A model generated the notes under the pieces. That model saw nothing but the letters and a program-made list of their open reading frames with translations. It was not told where the DNA came from and made no database searches. Positions 12,810 to 25,316 of a DNA stretch of 64,000 bases are shown piece after piece. A program made the position numbers and the translations under genes. The stretch comes from Diplonema japonicum (Eukaryota > Protista > Euglenozoa: Diplonemea), in NCBI GenBank assembly GCA_964019335.1, contig OZ025714.1, positions 186,001 to 250,000 on the forward strand. The letters run 5' to 3'. Within the stretch, counting starts at the first letter, position 1. Each line of letters starts with the position of its first letter.

Positions 12810-13559
12810 CGCACAGTGGGGGGGGGGGGGGGTTTGTAAGGGGGTTTGTTAGTTATTAGTTATTGTAGGTTTTTTTTTTTGTTTCAAAATTGCATATTCG
12901 TGTGTGTGTGTGTTTTTTTTTTTTTCTTTGTGCAGAGGATGTATCGAGGACATAATCGCAGACACAGAGCTGATGAGGGACGCGGGAAGAAGGCGAGAAG
13001 GAGCAAAGGATAATGAGGAACCACCCTGAGAGAGATTCAACGCAGTGTCTCCTAACAACCAAGGGGCACTGTGAATCGTCAAAAGGAAGAAAAGAGTAAA
13101 AAATAAAATAAAGGACTACTTAGAACAAATACCGAAAATATGAAAGAGGCGGGGGAGAAGAGTGGGGGGGAGAAAGTGAGGGGGGGGGGGGGGGGGGGGC
13201 TGGTACCTTAATTTTTCTGTGAAACATCACCTACATTTCTTTTTTTTTAATCCCCTCGAAAAAGTTTTTTTTTTCTTCTTCTTTGCAAAAAAAATAATAA
13301 TAATAATAAGAGGGCAAGGAAGGGACCAGAGGGGGCAAAAAAAAAAAAAGAAGAAGAAGAAGAAAACGTAGTTTGCAAGAAAGGAGATGTGGAAATAAAA
13401 AACAAAAAAAAAAAAAAACAAAAAAAAAACCGCTTGCCATTTTTTTTTTCTTTTTTTTTTTCTTCTTGCATGGGGGGAATGCTCACCGTTTCAAAAAAAA
13501 AAAAAAAAAAAAAAAAATCACCGATAGCCTAACTTATTTATCGTCACCCCTTATATTAA

Positions 13560-15276
13560 CCACTAAAGGACCGGGGGTTTTGGCGAAAAAAGTACCAAGG
13601 ACCGTCTATTTATGAACCCGGGAAAAAAAAAATGCGAGAGTTTAACCATAGGAAAGTACACTATACCCTTTAAAAAGCAGTTTATTTTCCATGCAGGGGG
13701 GCTTACTTAGTGTTCATACGGGGTCGGGAGAGGAAATATACGACAAAGTACTGAGCATCACGAGCGACTTTGCTCAACCCACTCGAGGGCGCTTGGGCGG
13801 AGGACAGCCTCCCTCACTTTTTTTTTCTTCTACAGATGTCGATTTTCTTCCAACATTGGGTCCTAGCGGACGCTGAAGCCCTTGAGGATTTTTTTTTTTC
13901 AAGCGTCCCCAGAATTGTCGGTATTTTATCATGTCAGGGTAGTCATTTTTTTGTATGAAAAATCTCAAAGCACTCAGGGCACAGGGCAACATTGCACGTT
14001 TTGCAGGTGTAAAATTGTTTTTTTTTTTTTTTGATTTTTGGCACAGCCTGAGGTGAATTTCATACTATAGGCAAAGTCGTAGAGATTAAAGGCAAAATTA
14101 TAGGCAAAGCCGAAAAGGTTAACACGGGTTTAGTACGGCCGTGCCACAAGAGGAACCAGATGCTGTCCGAACTCTGCCGCATAACTCTGTCATGGCGTGA
14201 GATTTGTTTGCTGGCCTCCTTTTTCGTTTTTCTGCCCACTGTCGTCTTCCGGAGTTGAACCGTGCCCACGGGGTTGTATTTATCTGTTGCGCTGAACCTC
14301 CGATAGCATGCATACCCGTACTCAAAAGAGAGCAGAAGAACTGGTAATTAGAATAAAGATTACCCTTCGCAACCCAGTGACCACGATGCTCGAACTGTCG
14401 AAGAAGACATGGTACCGTGTCCTTTGGGTCCCCACCAGGGTAAATTCTAATGTTAAGCGCGCACCCCGGCGGAGTACCTTAACGCCATAGCGCTTGCGTT
14501 TAGCTGGTTGAAAAACGCTGTGCTTAAGGCGGGAGAAGGAGCGAATCAATGCTCAGCCCTTGACCGGGGGTGGTATGCAGCTTTCCAGCTGGGGGAGTCC
14601 GGGAATGCAGCATCTCCACTTTTGATAGTGTCCCGTTGCCCTGTGAGCCAAAGTGGACACAACAAGAAGATATGGAGAAATGTGTCGCGGCCCAGGACAC
14701 GGCCTATGTAAGGCGTTGTAATCTCTTCCTTGTAGACCAGTAGTCCTTGACGCCCGCCCTGCAGACTTCGTCCATCAAGGCGGGCAGAACCCAGACGGCG
14801 ATCCAGGTGTTCAGTTGTACCACGTCTGCGTCGAATGTGGTGCCCTTGGATGTGGCATACACCTTTGAACAGCTGATAATGGACCTCAGCAAGCTGTTTG
14901 TGATGAAACAAACTGAAAAGTTGTAGCCTATCCATGTTGCTGGACCCCTGTACCCATGTCATTTCTTGGCCGGTATACGGTTGATATTTGTCCCCCCAAC
15001 GCACACCACCCTCATCTGAGGTGGTGCTGGAGTTGGAAGAAGCTCTTCAGAAGGTCCTGAGAGCTGCTCTCAAATACCAAGTACAAAAGGACACCAAGCA
15101 ACCCCCTTGGGGACGGGTTTTTGTGTTTGTTCTTCGCGCAAAAGGGTATTTCAAATAAAAAAAGAATCGCGGAACAATGGGTCTTAGTAAAGTCCAGGGG
15201 CTGTGTGGCACAAAAAGTGTCACATAGAAAAGATAATTTTTCTTAAGGACACATATGTCCTCATGGTCCTTAGTGG
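13560..15276 (-). mobile_element. Defective piggyBac-type DNA transposon
   Basis: TTAA|CCACTAAAGGACC (13556-) and GGTCCTTAGTGG|TTAA (-15280) give TIRs with a TTAA target duplication. Frameshifted transposase remnants inside: KDYWST, TPYIGRVLGRDTFLHI, IRSFSRLKHSVFQPAKRKRYGVKV. Confidence 0.85.
14322..15004 (-). pseudogene. piggyBac (DDE_Tnp_1_7-like) transposase remnant
   Basis: Conserved motifs are split over three short minus-strand ORFs by frameshifts and stops. Confidence 0.75.
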
Positions 15277-15323
15277 TTAAAATAAAATCTATCCTACAAA
15301 AAAAAAAAAAAAAAAAAAGAAAC

Positions 15324-16007
15324 CTAAGGCAGGGGCCTGTCCGACCACAGGTCTCTATCTGTGAGTTCCATGTCGGCGGGCCCGTCAAGGGGGATGTGAT
15401 CGACATAATCGCTATCTTCAAGGCAGTTTGTCTTCTTAATGATGAAGATGGCCAAGGTGTAGATAGTCCAGAGAGCAATGAATGTGACAGAGACCACAAT
15501 GAGGGTAGTACCCAGGTAGCTGTCATGTGTCGACCAAGAGCAAAAACGGACCTCCGACGTGTCAGAGGGGTTGTAGCAGCATCTTTGCGGTGCTGTGATC
15601 ACCGGATTGAAAATTCTGAAAAAATTCTCCGCCGCCGATTTTGAACGTTCATAAGAATCATCTATGTGAGAATAACAGATAGCCTCGATGAACTCATCCT
15701 TTGTAGTGAAATACCTAACAACCACCCAAGACCGCCACTCGTCAGGACAGGGTTCCCCGTCGCAGTCGCTCGTGAACTCTTTCCTCTCGAGACCCTTGCT
15801 CGACCTCCCCGTTATGTTGCACTCTGTTTCCAGGTGGATCCTGTCCGTTAGCTTCGCCCACTCCCTGTCCTCGTGGATCTGCTTGACCCCGTTCATCCCC
15901 AACAACCCGATGCACAGCACAAACGCAAAGCTCACTGAGCAGTACGAGCATCGAAAAACCCAAGGTTTGTACTTATCCCAGTCTTCAAAACCTTCATATT
16001 GGGCCAT
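15324..16007 (-). CDS. Two-TM protein with Cys-rich loop, resembling BK-channel beta subunit (CaKB) topology
   Basis: 227 aa; TM1, then ETECNIT..CDGEPC..ICYSH..CCYNPSDTSEV, then TM2. Family call is tentative. Confidence 0.65.
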   Translation of the reverse strand: MAQYEGFEDWDKYKPWVFRCSYCSVSFAFVLCIGLLGMNGVKQIHEDREWAKLTDRIHLETECNITGRSSKGLERKEFTSDCDGEPCPDEWRSWVVVRYFTTKDEFIEAICYSHIDDSYERSKSAAENFFRIFNPVITAPQRCCYNPSDTSEVRFCSWSTHDSYLGTTLIVVSVTFIALWTIYTLAIFIIKKTNCLEDSDYVDHIPLDGPADMELTDRDLWSDRPLP

Positions 16008-16181
16008 ATTCTATTTTTTTCTCTCTTTTTGTTCTTGGATCTCTTGGGGGAAATGAAAAAAGAGAAAAAAAGAAAAAAGAAAAAGCAGGTACTTAGCGTG
16101 CGCCGTTACTGGGGGTGTACGCATGGGTCAGTTACTGTCCACACCCAGCGGCGTGGAAGAAAGAATGAATGGAGGAAAAAT

Positions 16182-16928
16182 TCAATCCCCCCCGACATCG
16201 CCCCTCGCCTTCATCGCCTTCAGACGGGTTTGCATTTCTGAGCAGCAGGATTTGAACTTCACCCCGGACCCGCAAGGGCAGCTCTCGTTTCTTGAAAACC
16301 TCCCCTTTGAAAGCGCTTCATGCAGTTCAGGGGTGAGACCGGCGGTTGCCGATGGTTTCCGTTTCTGAAGATTGCTTGTTGGTAGAACATTAAGCAGCGA
16401 CGCGCCTGTCATGCCCCCAATAAGGTCCTCAGTGGTCATTTGGCCGGGTAGACGTTCAAAGTTTGGGTTAAAAATGGAGTACGCTGACAGAACAGTCTTA
16501 TCTCTGTCGAAGAAAGAGAGGGAAAGAAACATGGAGAGGAAGAAGCAACCAATCCACCACAGGCGGTCGATGAGCACCCCCCGTACGCTTTCGTGGATAT
16601 AATACAACAGCGTAGTCCACAGAAAGATCGCCATGCTCAAGACCTTCCATTGGTGATGTATTAGAAACCTTCTTACAGTAGATTCGGGCAAAGGGGCTGA
16701 TGTTGGTGGTGGTGGTGGTGGTGGTGGTAGTGGACAAACCACCTTCTTCTTGACTTCCTGTTTTCGCTTTTCTTCCTTCAGCTCCACAGCCCCGTCTACG
16801 TTCCCTTGTTCCACTAGCGCGATGCTCTCATCCCAGTTCTTTTCTGGTGTCTGTCCCACAGCCTCTCCTCCCTTGTCTCCTTCCACTTCTACCTTCATCA
16901 TGGCTTCCCAGTCGGCTTCTTCAGACAT
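16182..16928 (-). CDS. SAYSD1: SAYSvFN-domain protein with C-terminal SEC-C zinc motif
   Basis: Hydrophobic hairpin, then SAYSIFNPNFERLPGQMT; RNESCPCGSGVKFKSCC at the C-terminus; ATG at 16928 after an A-run. Confidence 0.85.
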   Translation of the reverse strand: MSEEADWEAMMKVEVEGDKGGEAVGQTPEKNWDESIALVEQGNVDGAVELKEEKRKQEVKKKVVCPLPPPPPPPPTSAPLPESTVRRFLIHHQWKVLSMAIFLWTTLLYYIHESVRGVLIDRLWWIGCFFLSMFLSLSFFDRDKTVLSAYSIFNPNFERLPGQMTTEDLIGGMTGASLLNVLPTSNLQKRKPSATAGLTPELHEALSKGRFSRNESCPCGSGVKFKSCCSEMQTRLKAMKARGDVGGD

Positions 16929-17122
16929 TTTTTTTTTTTCTTCTTCCACCTGATTTTTTTTTTTTTTTCCCCCTCCGACGATGATCGAGAATATCGTGAA
17001 TAAAAGTAGAGTGTGTAAAAAAAAATAGATTGGGGGAAAACGATGGAGGGAATGGGATATCCACATTTTAAAAAAAAAGAAAAAAATAATAAGGGTGGAG
17101 AAGGAGAATAGAGAATGAGGAA

Positions 17123-18282
17123 TCATTCTGCTTCTAGCTTCGCCCTTCTCTGCGACTCTCTTGACGCCTTTAACCGGTGTTTCTCTTTCTTGGCGTGGTG
17201 GGTTTTCATGCTATTCTGGATAACAACGGCTGCTTCGTTAGAAGCAATCGAATCGAGAACAGCTGCTTGCTTGGTGCGGACGGTTTTCTTGGCAACATAA
17301 ATGTAAAAAATGCCTTGTATAGTGCAGGCTGCCTGGTGGTGTGTGGAGCGAAGGCTGTGGCCTCGCCAGGTTTTTTGGATGGTGACGGCCTTCTCGTACA
17401 AATTTTCCTCTTGTTGAGAACTTGAAGCTGCTTTTTGTAGATCTTGGGCCTTGCATCTTGCGGTGGACGACCTCCAGGCACATTGGATGGACACGGCAGC
17501 ATTGTCTTCGTTACTCTCCACAGTCACGATGTTGCTTCGATACGTCCCGGAGAGCGAAGCCCGCTCTAAGTAGTTGCAGCGTGCTATTTTGCCCCTGACC
17601 TGCTTTTGTATTTTGATGGCGGCGGTGGTTTGCTCTTCCAGTTCATCTTGTAAAGCTTGTTGTTTTATTGTGTTTTCCATATCCTGTCGAAGGTAGTCTG
17701 TCGTGCCCCGAGCTTGTTTCATCTTCAACAAGCCTTGGATTCTTGTTGCAGCGTGATCGGCTTCGCTCCATGCCGTTGGGTTGGGGTCTTTGTAAGTTGC
17801 TGCGAGGGCGACTTCGTTGTCGCGCATTGCGGTTGCTACTTGTTGTTTTCTTTTGGTTTCTTTGCGTGCTGCGGTGCTTCGTGCCATTCTTTGTATCCGA
17901 TTTGCCGCGGCTGCGCGTTTTGCTGGGTCTTTTGAACTGATCTGCTTGACATTCTCTGTTGCGACGTCCAACGCATTGAAGCACATCCCATCTACGGTAT
18001 CGAAGCCCCCGCTTACCTTTCCTTTCCCTTCCGCTAGCTTCTTCTCCTCTTCTTCGATCTCCTCTTTCAACACCTTTAACGGGTGTTTTGTTGTCACCGT
18101 GGGTTGTTCCTGGTTGTGCTGCTTCTCGGTGCGTCCAGGTGTCGTTGATTCTTCCTCCCGCTTGATATTCTCCTCCTTGCCGTGTTGGGAGACCGGTCGC
18201 GATGTCGGCCTCGCTTTTTTCGCAGCGATGGTTTCATCTCGTATCACGGATTCGAGGTATCTTTTGGCGTTTGCGTCCTGTG

Positions 18283-18314
<32 letters not shown>

Positions 18315-21300
18315 CCCCCGATACCACAAGCTCCTGTACTTTCGCGTCTATATTGTCCTGTTGTTTCTGACCGTCCATGTAAAGTAGGATGAGTTCCTTT
18401 TTTTTTTTTTTTTTTTTTTTTTTTGAAAACAAAGGTATTTTTATACCTGGTCGCGTTGCAAGCGGTCCTCGTCCTCGTCGGGAGTTAGCGCGACGGGTGG
18501 GTGGGGGACAAGGGTGGTCGATCGACGGCGCTGTTGTTGTTGTTGGTGCTCCTTCTCCCGTCTTCGGTCCTCCGCTTTGGAGCGGTCGCGGTTCCCCCTG
18601 TGGAGGGCTTGGATTTTAGCTGCAGCGGCTTCTTGCTCTTTCTGTTCCTGTTTGTCCGAGTCCATCTCGGACGCAAAGGCATCGACGTCGAAATTCTTGT
18701 TCTCCTCCTCCCTCAGGCGTTCCTCTTCTTGCTCCATGTAGATGGCGTCCAATCGTTTCTCCTCTGCAACCCTCCGTTCAATTTCGTTTTGGGCGGCTTG
18801 CTTCAGTTTCGCTGTTTTGGGTTTCGCCCACAGCCGTCTGAGCTCCTTTTGGATGTATTCCACAGCAAAGGTTTCAAGCTCGTCGCGTGCGACCTGCGCG
18901 TGGTACTCCTTCAGCGCTCTAACTTCTTTTTTCGCGTGCCATCTCCTCGCGATGCTTTGTAGCTTAACCGTGCTTGCCAGCTCCAGCTCCTGTACCGCGT
19001 CGTGAAGGTTGTGCGGTATCCCAGCCGAACAGCACACGGCAACCATATCACCGATGAACGCCAGCAAGCACTTCGACCGCACGTTAACCGTGTCCTCACC
19101 GCTTGGGACGGCACGTTCCAAGGTGACATACTTCGTTTCCATGTTCCATGTGACAGAGGTGACGTAATGTGAAAAAAGCTTATCCTGATACACAACAGGC
19201 CGCGCGTCTTCAATGGTGAACATGTACTCCGATCCTGTCAAAGATGTGAACGAAGCATGCGGCGGCGGTTCCGGTGTAACCGCGGTAACCGCTTGCGAGT
19301 AGACCAGTCTAAGCTGTTTGAACTCATCTTTTCGGTCATCGGTAAGACGTATCAGCGAGCGCAACGCGGAGTACCCTGGAAGGTCGTCTGTGTATGACGA
19401 ACCTCGTGATATGCACGTAGTTCTGGTGGCACAGTCATCCGCAACAGGTGGAGATGGGGGCGGTATGGGTGTTAAAGGGTGTTGATCCTCTGCCTCTGCC
19501 TCTGCCTCGGCGTAGTCACGCAGGAAAGGATGTATTGCGGGTGGAAGAGGGGCTTCGTTTCTTCTGTTCATCTCGTTTCTAACCAGTTTTCCTCTTGCCA
19601 CGCTTTGTATCTTTACTGCTGCAGCGTTCATGTCTGCAACCTTGAGTGTCGTTATCTCTTGCACCATCTCCTTTCTATACGCGTATCCTATCCTTGCGAG
19701 GTACCCTTTCCACACCGCTGCTATCGTTGTTGCGTAGTAGTCTTGCTTGCTTTTCACGTATAGTCTTTCTCTTGTCTGTTTCAGCTTTTTAGTCTCTTCC
19801 CTTGCCCGCGCGCATTTATAGAAACACTGGAGGCAAACCGCAGCTTGCTGCCGTCTCCCCCTCAAGCATTTGGTTCGCTCCACTTTCTGCTTTTCCAGAA
19901 GATCCTGAGCTTGCATCATCCCGTGGTGCCTTCTCCAGCTGTTTTGTATTATCAGGCACGCGTAGCTTCGTTCCTGTGGTTGTTTTGGTTAGGGTTTGGG
20001 GGATGCTTACCTCTCGTGACTCTGTCTTCAGTTTGAGGGCATTTCTTTCTTCTCGTTTTTTGTATGCTCGGACTCTGGAAAGGTATCCCTTCCACCATGC
20101 CTGTGTGGTGTGGTAGGGGTGTGTAAAAAAAAAATACCGCTATCCGCACTGCTTCATGTTGTCTCAGTGCCTCGCCGTCCAACAATCGTTGGCTTCTGAC
20201 CTTGCCTTTCAACGCGTCTGCAATCTTTCTCTCATGATAGCCTCGCCAGACCTTTTGGATTCGTGTGGCAGCCACGCGGAGAGCTTCTGTGCGCCGCCGC
20301 TGTGTGAGGCCTTCTTGGGCCGCGGCCTTCTTCGCCTTGGTGACGATGATGGCGTGCGTTCGGCGGAAAAAGCACTGAATGGCCTTGACGGCCCAGTTCA
20401 TCTTCTTGTAGTAGGTTTTCAACCATTTTGTCTTCCGTCGGGCCAGCCATCCCTTCGCGTGTTTTTGAAGCATGATTGCTGCCTTGTTGCACCTTTCCAA
20501 GACAACCTGCTCTTCAAAGCGTTCGTTCCGCTTCGCGGCGCTGTGCTTTGCCACCATCCGCATGAACCTCGTGACGACCTTAGCGTTGTCGTCCTCACGG
20601 TACAGTCGGGACACTTCGCCGCGGTGGCGGATCTCTTTCTTTTTTTCAACGCTGGAGCGGGCGGCCATGCAACGCAGTGCGCATTGTATCCTCAAGGCAG
20701 CCTGGAACTGCTGCTCGTACACATCCTCGTCTCGGAGAAGCTTCATTAAAAGCTGGTGCATGTAAGTCACAGCGTCTTCCTTCTTCCTCTCCTCATCCTT
20801 TGCGTCTTCGTACCTCCCCCGACGCTGCTGCTTGATAGGCGCACTTTTGGTTTCTTTAACGTGCACCGCCGTTGTAGCTGTGGTAGTGTTTTCAGTCTGC
20901 GTATTAGTGTTGTTGTTGTTGTTGTTGTTGTTATTGTTGTTATTGTTGTTATTGTTGTTGTTGTTGTGATTCACGTTAGCAGACGGATTCGTGCTGTTCA
21001 GCGGTTTCCTGTTCTCTTCGGAAGACACGGGCCGTGGCTGTCTTGGTGCCCTGTCCTCGACGGGTTTGGACGGCGGCACAGGACGCTGCGCTGCCTTTTT
21101 GCGTTCTTTTTCCCGTTCTTTTTCGCGCTCGCGTTCCTTTTCGCGTTCCCGCTCCTTTTCCTCCTCCCGCTTCGCTGCCTTTGTCATGATGTTGTCGCGT
21201 CTGGCCGGTTTCGGTTCCTTCGGAGGCACGGGCGGACTAATCTCCTGCACCACCCTCGTTGGGATCGGCCGGGTCTTGGCGGGCTTTTTAATTTTCTTCG

Positions 21301-22387
21301 CTGGACGCCTCTTTGTCTGGTGCTTCTCGACAAGGATCAACCCGGTCTCCCCAGAGTACGATGGGTTCAGTTCCCGCTGAAGCTCCTCTGTGGTGAGCAT
21401 GTCGTTCACTGTATGGGGGCTTTGGGACGGGGCTTGGGAAACCTGCGCAAGAGGTGAGATCGGTGGAAGGGTGGTGATCTCAGACGCCATAGTGGGGCTT
21501 CCCTTTATGGGTTTATTGTGCTTCCGGTTCCGTGTGATGCCGAGACTTGCTTGGGGTTGCTGCTGCTGTCGTTGCTGCTGCTGCTGTTGCTGGGAGTTGG
21601 ATTTGTATTTCTGAATGCACCTTGAGACGGCGAGGGTGGTGGAATGCCCTGGCCCGAGCTCCTTTTTGGAGATTTGAAGCGCCATGTTGTAGCTTTTTGC
21701 AGCATCTTGACGATCCTCGAAAATTGGAGAACACTCCTGGGCCATGCCTAGGTTGTGATAAGCGATGACGAGAAGCGAGAGGTCGTCGGTCTTTCTATCA
21801 CGCGAAGTGAGGAGGCCTATCGATCGGCGTGCGGCTCCGATGGCCTCCTGATGCCGCCCGGCTTGTGTGAGTATTGCTGAGATGTTCAGATTAGTTGCGG
21901 CGCTGTTGTTGCCCTCCAGTTTGGAGCAGTTGGAGAGGTGGCTGAGAGCAACGTCGAAATTTCCTCTTCTGCGTTCCATGCAGCCGAGATTGTTCAGAGT
22001 GGCAGCACGCATCTTCAAGCGCAGGCCGTCCGCATTAGGGAAATATGCGGGTCCTGCATCGTCGTCGGTAAGCTTCATGGATCTTGAGAAGAATGCCATG
22101 GCCTGCTCGTACTTACCTCCTTTGAAGCATCTAACACCCATGTTGTTGTACTTTATGCAGAGCTTCTCTGCGGAGGCCACGAGGTCGCTCGGTTCTGCCA
22201 TTTCGTTGTCGACCACTTCCTTCCTGCACGCGAGGAGGCGTTCCTCGCACTGCAGCATCCCGAGCTCATCTCCCTTCTTCTCCATCAGCACGTGCTGCTC
22301 TTGCAGGGTCCTTAGCATTTTCAAACTCTCGCTCTGCTGGGGATGTGCTGTCGGATGCTCCCTTCCGGGGCCCATCGCTTCTGTCAT
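17123..22387 (-). CDS. Large TPR plus multi-IQ (calmodulin-binding) protein, about 1700 aa
   Basis: TPR-like YNNMG, LNNLG, YHNLG; many IQxxxRGxxxR motifs. Introns 20101-20137, 19974-20010, 18397-18446 and 18278-18324 join three large ORFs in frame. Confidence 0.85.
20908..20966 (-). repeat. AAC/AAT trinucleotide repeat encoding poly-Asn
   Basis: (gtt/att)n on the + strand inside the TPR/IQ gene. Confidence 0.85.
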
Positions 22388-22410
22388 CCCGCACCCACTC
22401 ACCCCCCTTC

Positions 22411-22442
<32 letters not shown>

Positions 22443-22760
22443 GCGGAAGAAAAAAAAAGTTTTTTTTTTTCATAATTTGATTTTCTTTTTTTCTTTCCCC
22501 CGTCGGTTTCATTTTTTTTTTCTTCCCTTTTTCTTTTTTTTTTGTCATCTTTTTACTAATACGGAACCAAGAAAAAGGGGGTGGAGAGAGGGGGGGGGGG
22601 GGGGGGGGGGGGGAGCGAGACGAAGCATAAACTTTTTTTTCCCGAAAAAAGTTGGAAAGAAAAAAAGAGAAAAAAAAAAGACAAGGCGAAAAAAAAAAAA
22701 AAAACTAAAACACACGTAAAAAAAAAAAAAAAAAAAAAAAACGTAGTACACTTTTAATTC

Positions 22761-24388
22761 TCAAATCCCAATCTGAGACCTCACGATCATGGCAATGTCT
22801 TTCACATGGATGGGATCACCACAGACCTTGCTGTACGTTCCGGGGCGGAGGAGCTCAGCTGCGCTCAAGACAAGCAAGACGTCCTCATCTGTAGGCAGCT
22901 CCAGCAGATTTTTCATGAACTTAGTTTTCTCAGAAGAAAGGTACATCCTGTTTCGCTTAAGCTCCTCCTGCGCCTCAACCCCTGAGGGCACCGACCGGAC
23001 GGAGAAAGACCCGTTTTGACTAGTGCTCATGTCGCCATGGATAATGCTGTTCTGTGCTGTTCCCACATCATCATGGTTTAGATAGTTAGCAGTGATATGT
23101 CGTTGGACGTAGTGTACCATCGCGGCTGCTTTCCTGAAGTACCACCGCCGCCACTCCATTGCGAAACCCGCTCTGAGGGAACTGTGGATCTGCAACAAGA
23201 TCGACACCATGCTCTTCACGCACACCGCGGCCTTAAACGACGGCAACGCGTGGAAAAGATCGGACTGCGGCGCCGTGATGGCGTTCTTCTTGTTGTGCTC
23301 CCTCATCCGGAAATAGCTCTGTGTTTTTTTTTTTTTTTTTTTTTTTTGTTTCCCTTCAAATACATACATTAAAAGGTTTGCAGACCATGATCTGCTGGGC
23401 ATCAACATCGATCAAACAGCATGGATTCCTCGACAGTTGTACGTCAGAATCCGGGATAGGAACGGTGCTCAGAACGCCTTGCAGAAAAAGCTCCGGTGTG
23501 AACCGTATGGAGGCAGCAGCCGATTCTGTTTCAGGAAGCAACCGCGACAACTGCCAAACATCCGGGGACGACTGCAAGCACAGCGCACGCAACCATAGGT
23601 TCGCCATGAGCGGGCGTCGGCTTCTGATTACCGTACGCTGGTGGTATGTAAGATGCGTGCTGATGACAGCCGCAAGGAAGTCCTTGTCAATGGTACCGTC
23701 GTTTAGAATGGTGGCATTGATGTGCATATCTGGAGGGATTGTGGAGGAAACCCAAACATCAAGGTGCGCGATGAAGAGAGAGAGGGGCTTCATGAACGCA
23801 CTGCAGAAATCTTCCCGAGTGATGTCCGACGATAGAAGAGCAAGAAGCCTGTTCAATATCCACTGCAGCCTGTCATTAACCGAAGATGACAAATACACAA
23901 ATCTGTCTGTTTTATGCTCCGGGACCACTAGATTCATACAGTACTGGACATTTGTATCGGGTTTCCCCAGTAACGGGGCTTGGAACAGAACCGCAGTCAC
24001 NNNNNNNNNNNNNNNNNNNNNNNNNNNNNNNNNNNNNNNNNNNNNNNNNNNNNNNNNNNNNNNNNNNNNNNNNNNNNNNNNNNNNNNNNNNNNNNNNNNN
24101 NNNNNNNNNNNNNNNNNNNNNNNNNNNNNNNNNNNNNNNNNNNNNNNNNNNNNNNNNNNNNNNNNNNNNNNNNNNNNNNNNNNNNNNNNNNNNNNNNNNN
24201 CATTCTTTGCCCGTGCAGCTGTGTCCTGTTTCTATAATCACCTCCCGCAAAGCCCGCAGATGTAAACACCCTTGCAAGCAAACATTCAAAAAACAATGAT
24301 ATGCGTCGAACTGGTTGTCCATCCCTTTTAAGTGCCCGGTATTTTTTTGGGCCGTTGGCTCGCCCCTTACTCTGAACCGAATGGACAT
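22761..24388 (-). CDS. C9orf72: C9orf72 homolog (DENN-related); 5' part interrupted by a gap, start uncertain
   Basis: Colinear motif matches to C9orf72 as recalled: HINATILND~DIADTVLND, FLAAVISTHL~FLLNAISSHL, LRALCL..LSRL~VRTLCL..CSRL, LFLQGVL~LFVQGLL, NPCCLIDVD~YPTTHIDVD, AELLRPG~AEKIKPG. Intron 23319-23367. Confidence 0.8.
24001..24200. other. Assembly gap or masked block (200 N)
   Basis: Run of exactly 200 n. Confidence 0.99.
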
Positions 24389-24779
24389 CTCTTATTGCAT
24401 GTAAGTAATCCCCTTCTTTTTTTTTTTTTCTTTTTTTTTTTCGCCTCTCTCCCTCCCCCCGTTTCCTTTTTTTTTTTTTTTTTTTTTTCCCCGGTCATAC
24501 ATATACAAAGGTCTTACTGCCCCATTAAAAAAAAACTCGATAAAATTTCAGTGTGCATGGGGGTGCTCACTGTTCAGGTAGAAATTCACACTAATCGGTC
24601 ACCGTTCTGCGGTTGCTGTCTGGTGCCTGCGGTGGCTGTTTGTCGCGATGAGATGGACGGCATCTGGGCGAGAAACATTGCTTGGAGTCGTGCTAGGTAG
24701 GGGGGGGGTTTGGCTCGAGGAGAAGAGTGGTCTCCTGTCGTAGCCGTGTGCCGTCGGGCCCCAAAAAAAGAAAAATGAG

Positions 24780-24813
<34 letters not shown>

Positions 24814-25316
24814 AGTATTTAGCAATGACAATAGAATATTGATACAAAAATAGGAGGGGGAGGGGGGGAGTAGCAGAGTGAGAGAGGGAGAGAGAGAAGG
24901 AGAGAGGAGTGGGGAGGCGAATAATTAGCATTTAACAATTTTACTGCGGGAAAACATTTCATATCTCTAATACCCGTTATTGGTGCCCCTTCTGTAAGAG
25001 GGAAGAAAATGGGGGGCCCTATCAAAATATCAAAATCTCCTCACCTAGCCGACTTTTGCAAGATTTTCTCGAGGTTTCTCCCAAATTTCCCCTATGCGCC
25101 CTTAGAGTGTTTCGGACTTCACCTAACAGGTTTTAGAGATACGGAGCGTATAAAAAAATAAAAAAAAGGGTGGTGGTGGGGTGGTGAATGTCTCATATTC
25201 CCTTTCTTCTTTTCCTTCAAATTCCTTAAACTCTTACATAACCTGTGCCTCAAAACACAAAGAATTCACTATGATAGGAACAAAATGGTTAGCAACGGCC
25301 CGCCGCGGTGGCGTGC

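Noticed and set aside
24920-25160. Transposon-like non-coding stretch starting TTAACAATTTTACTGCGGG
   Set aside because: No matching second end found.
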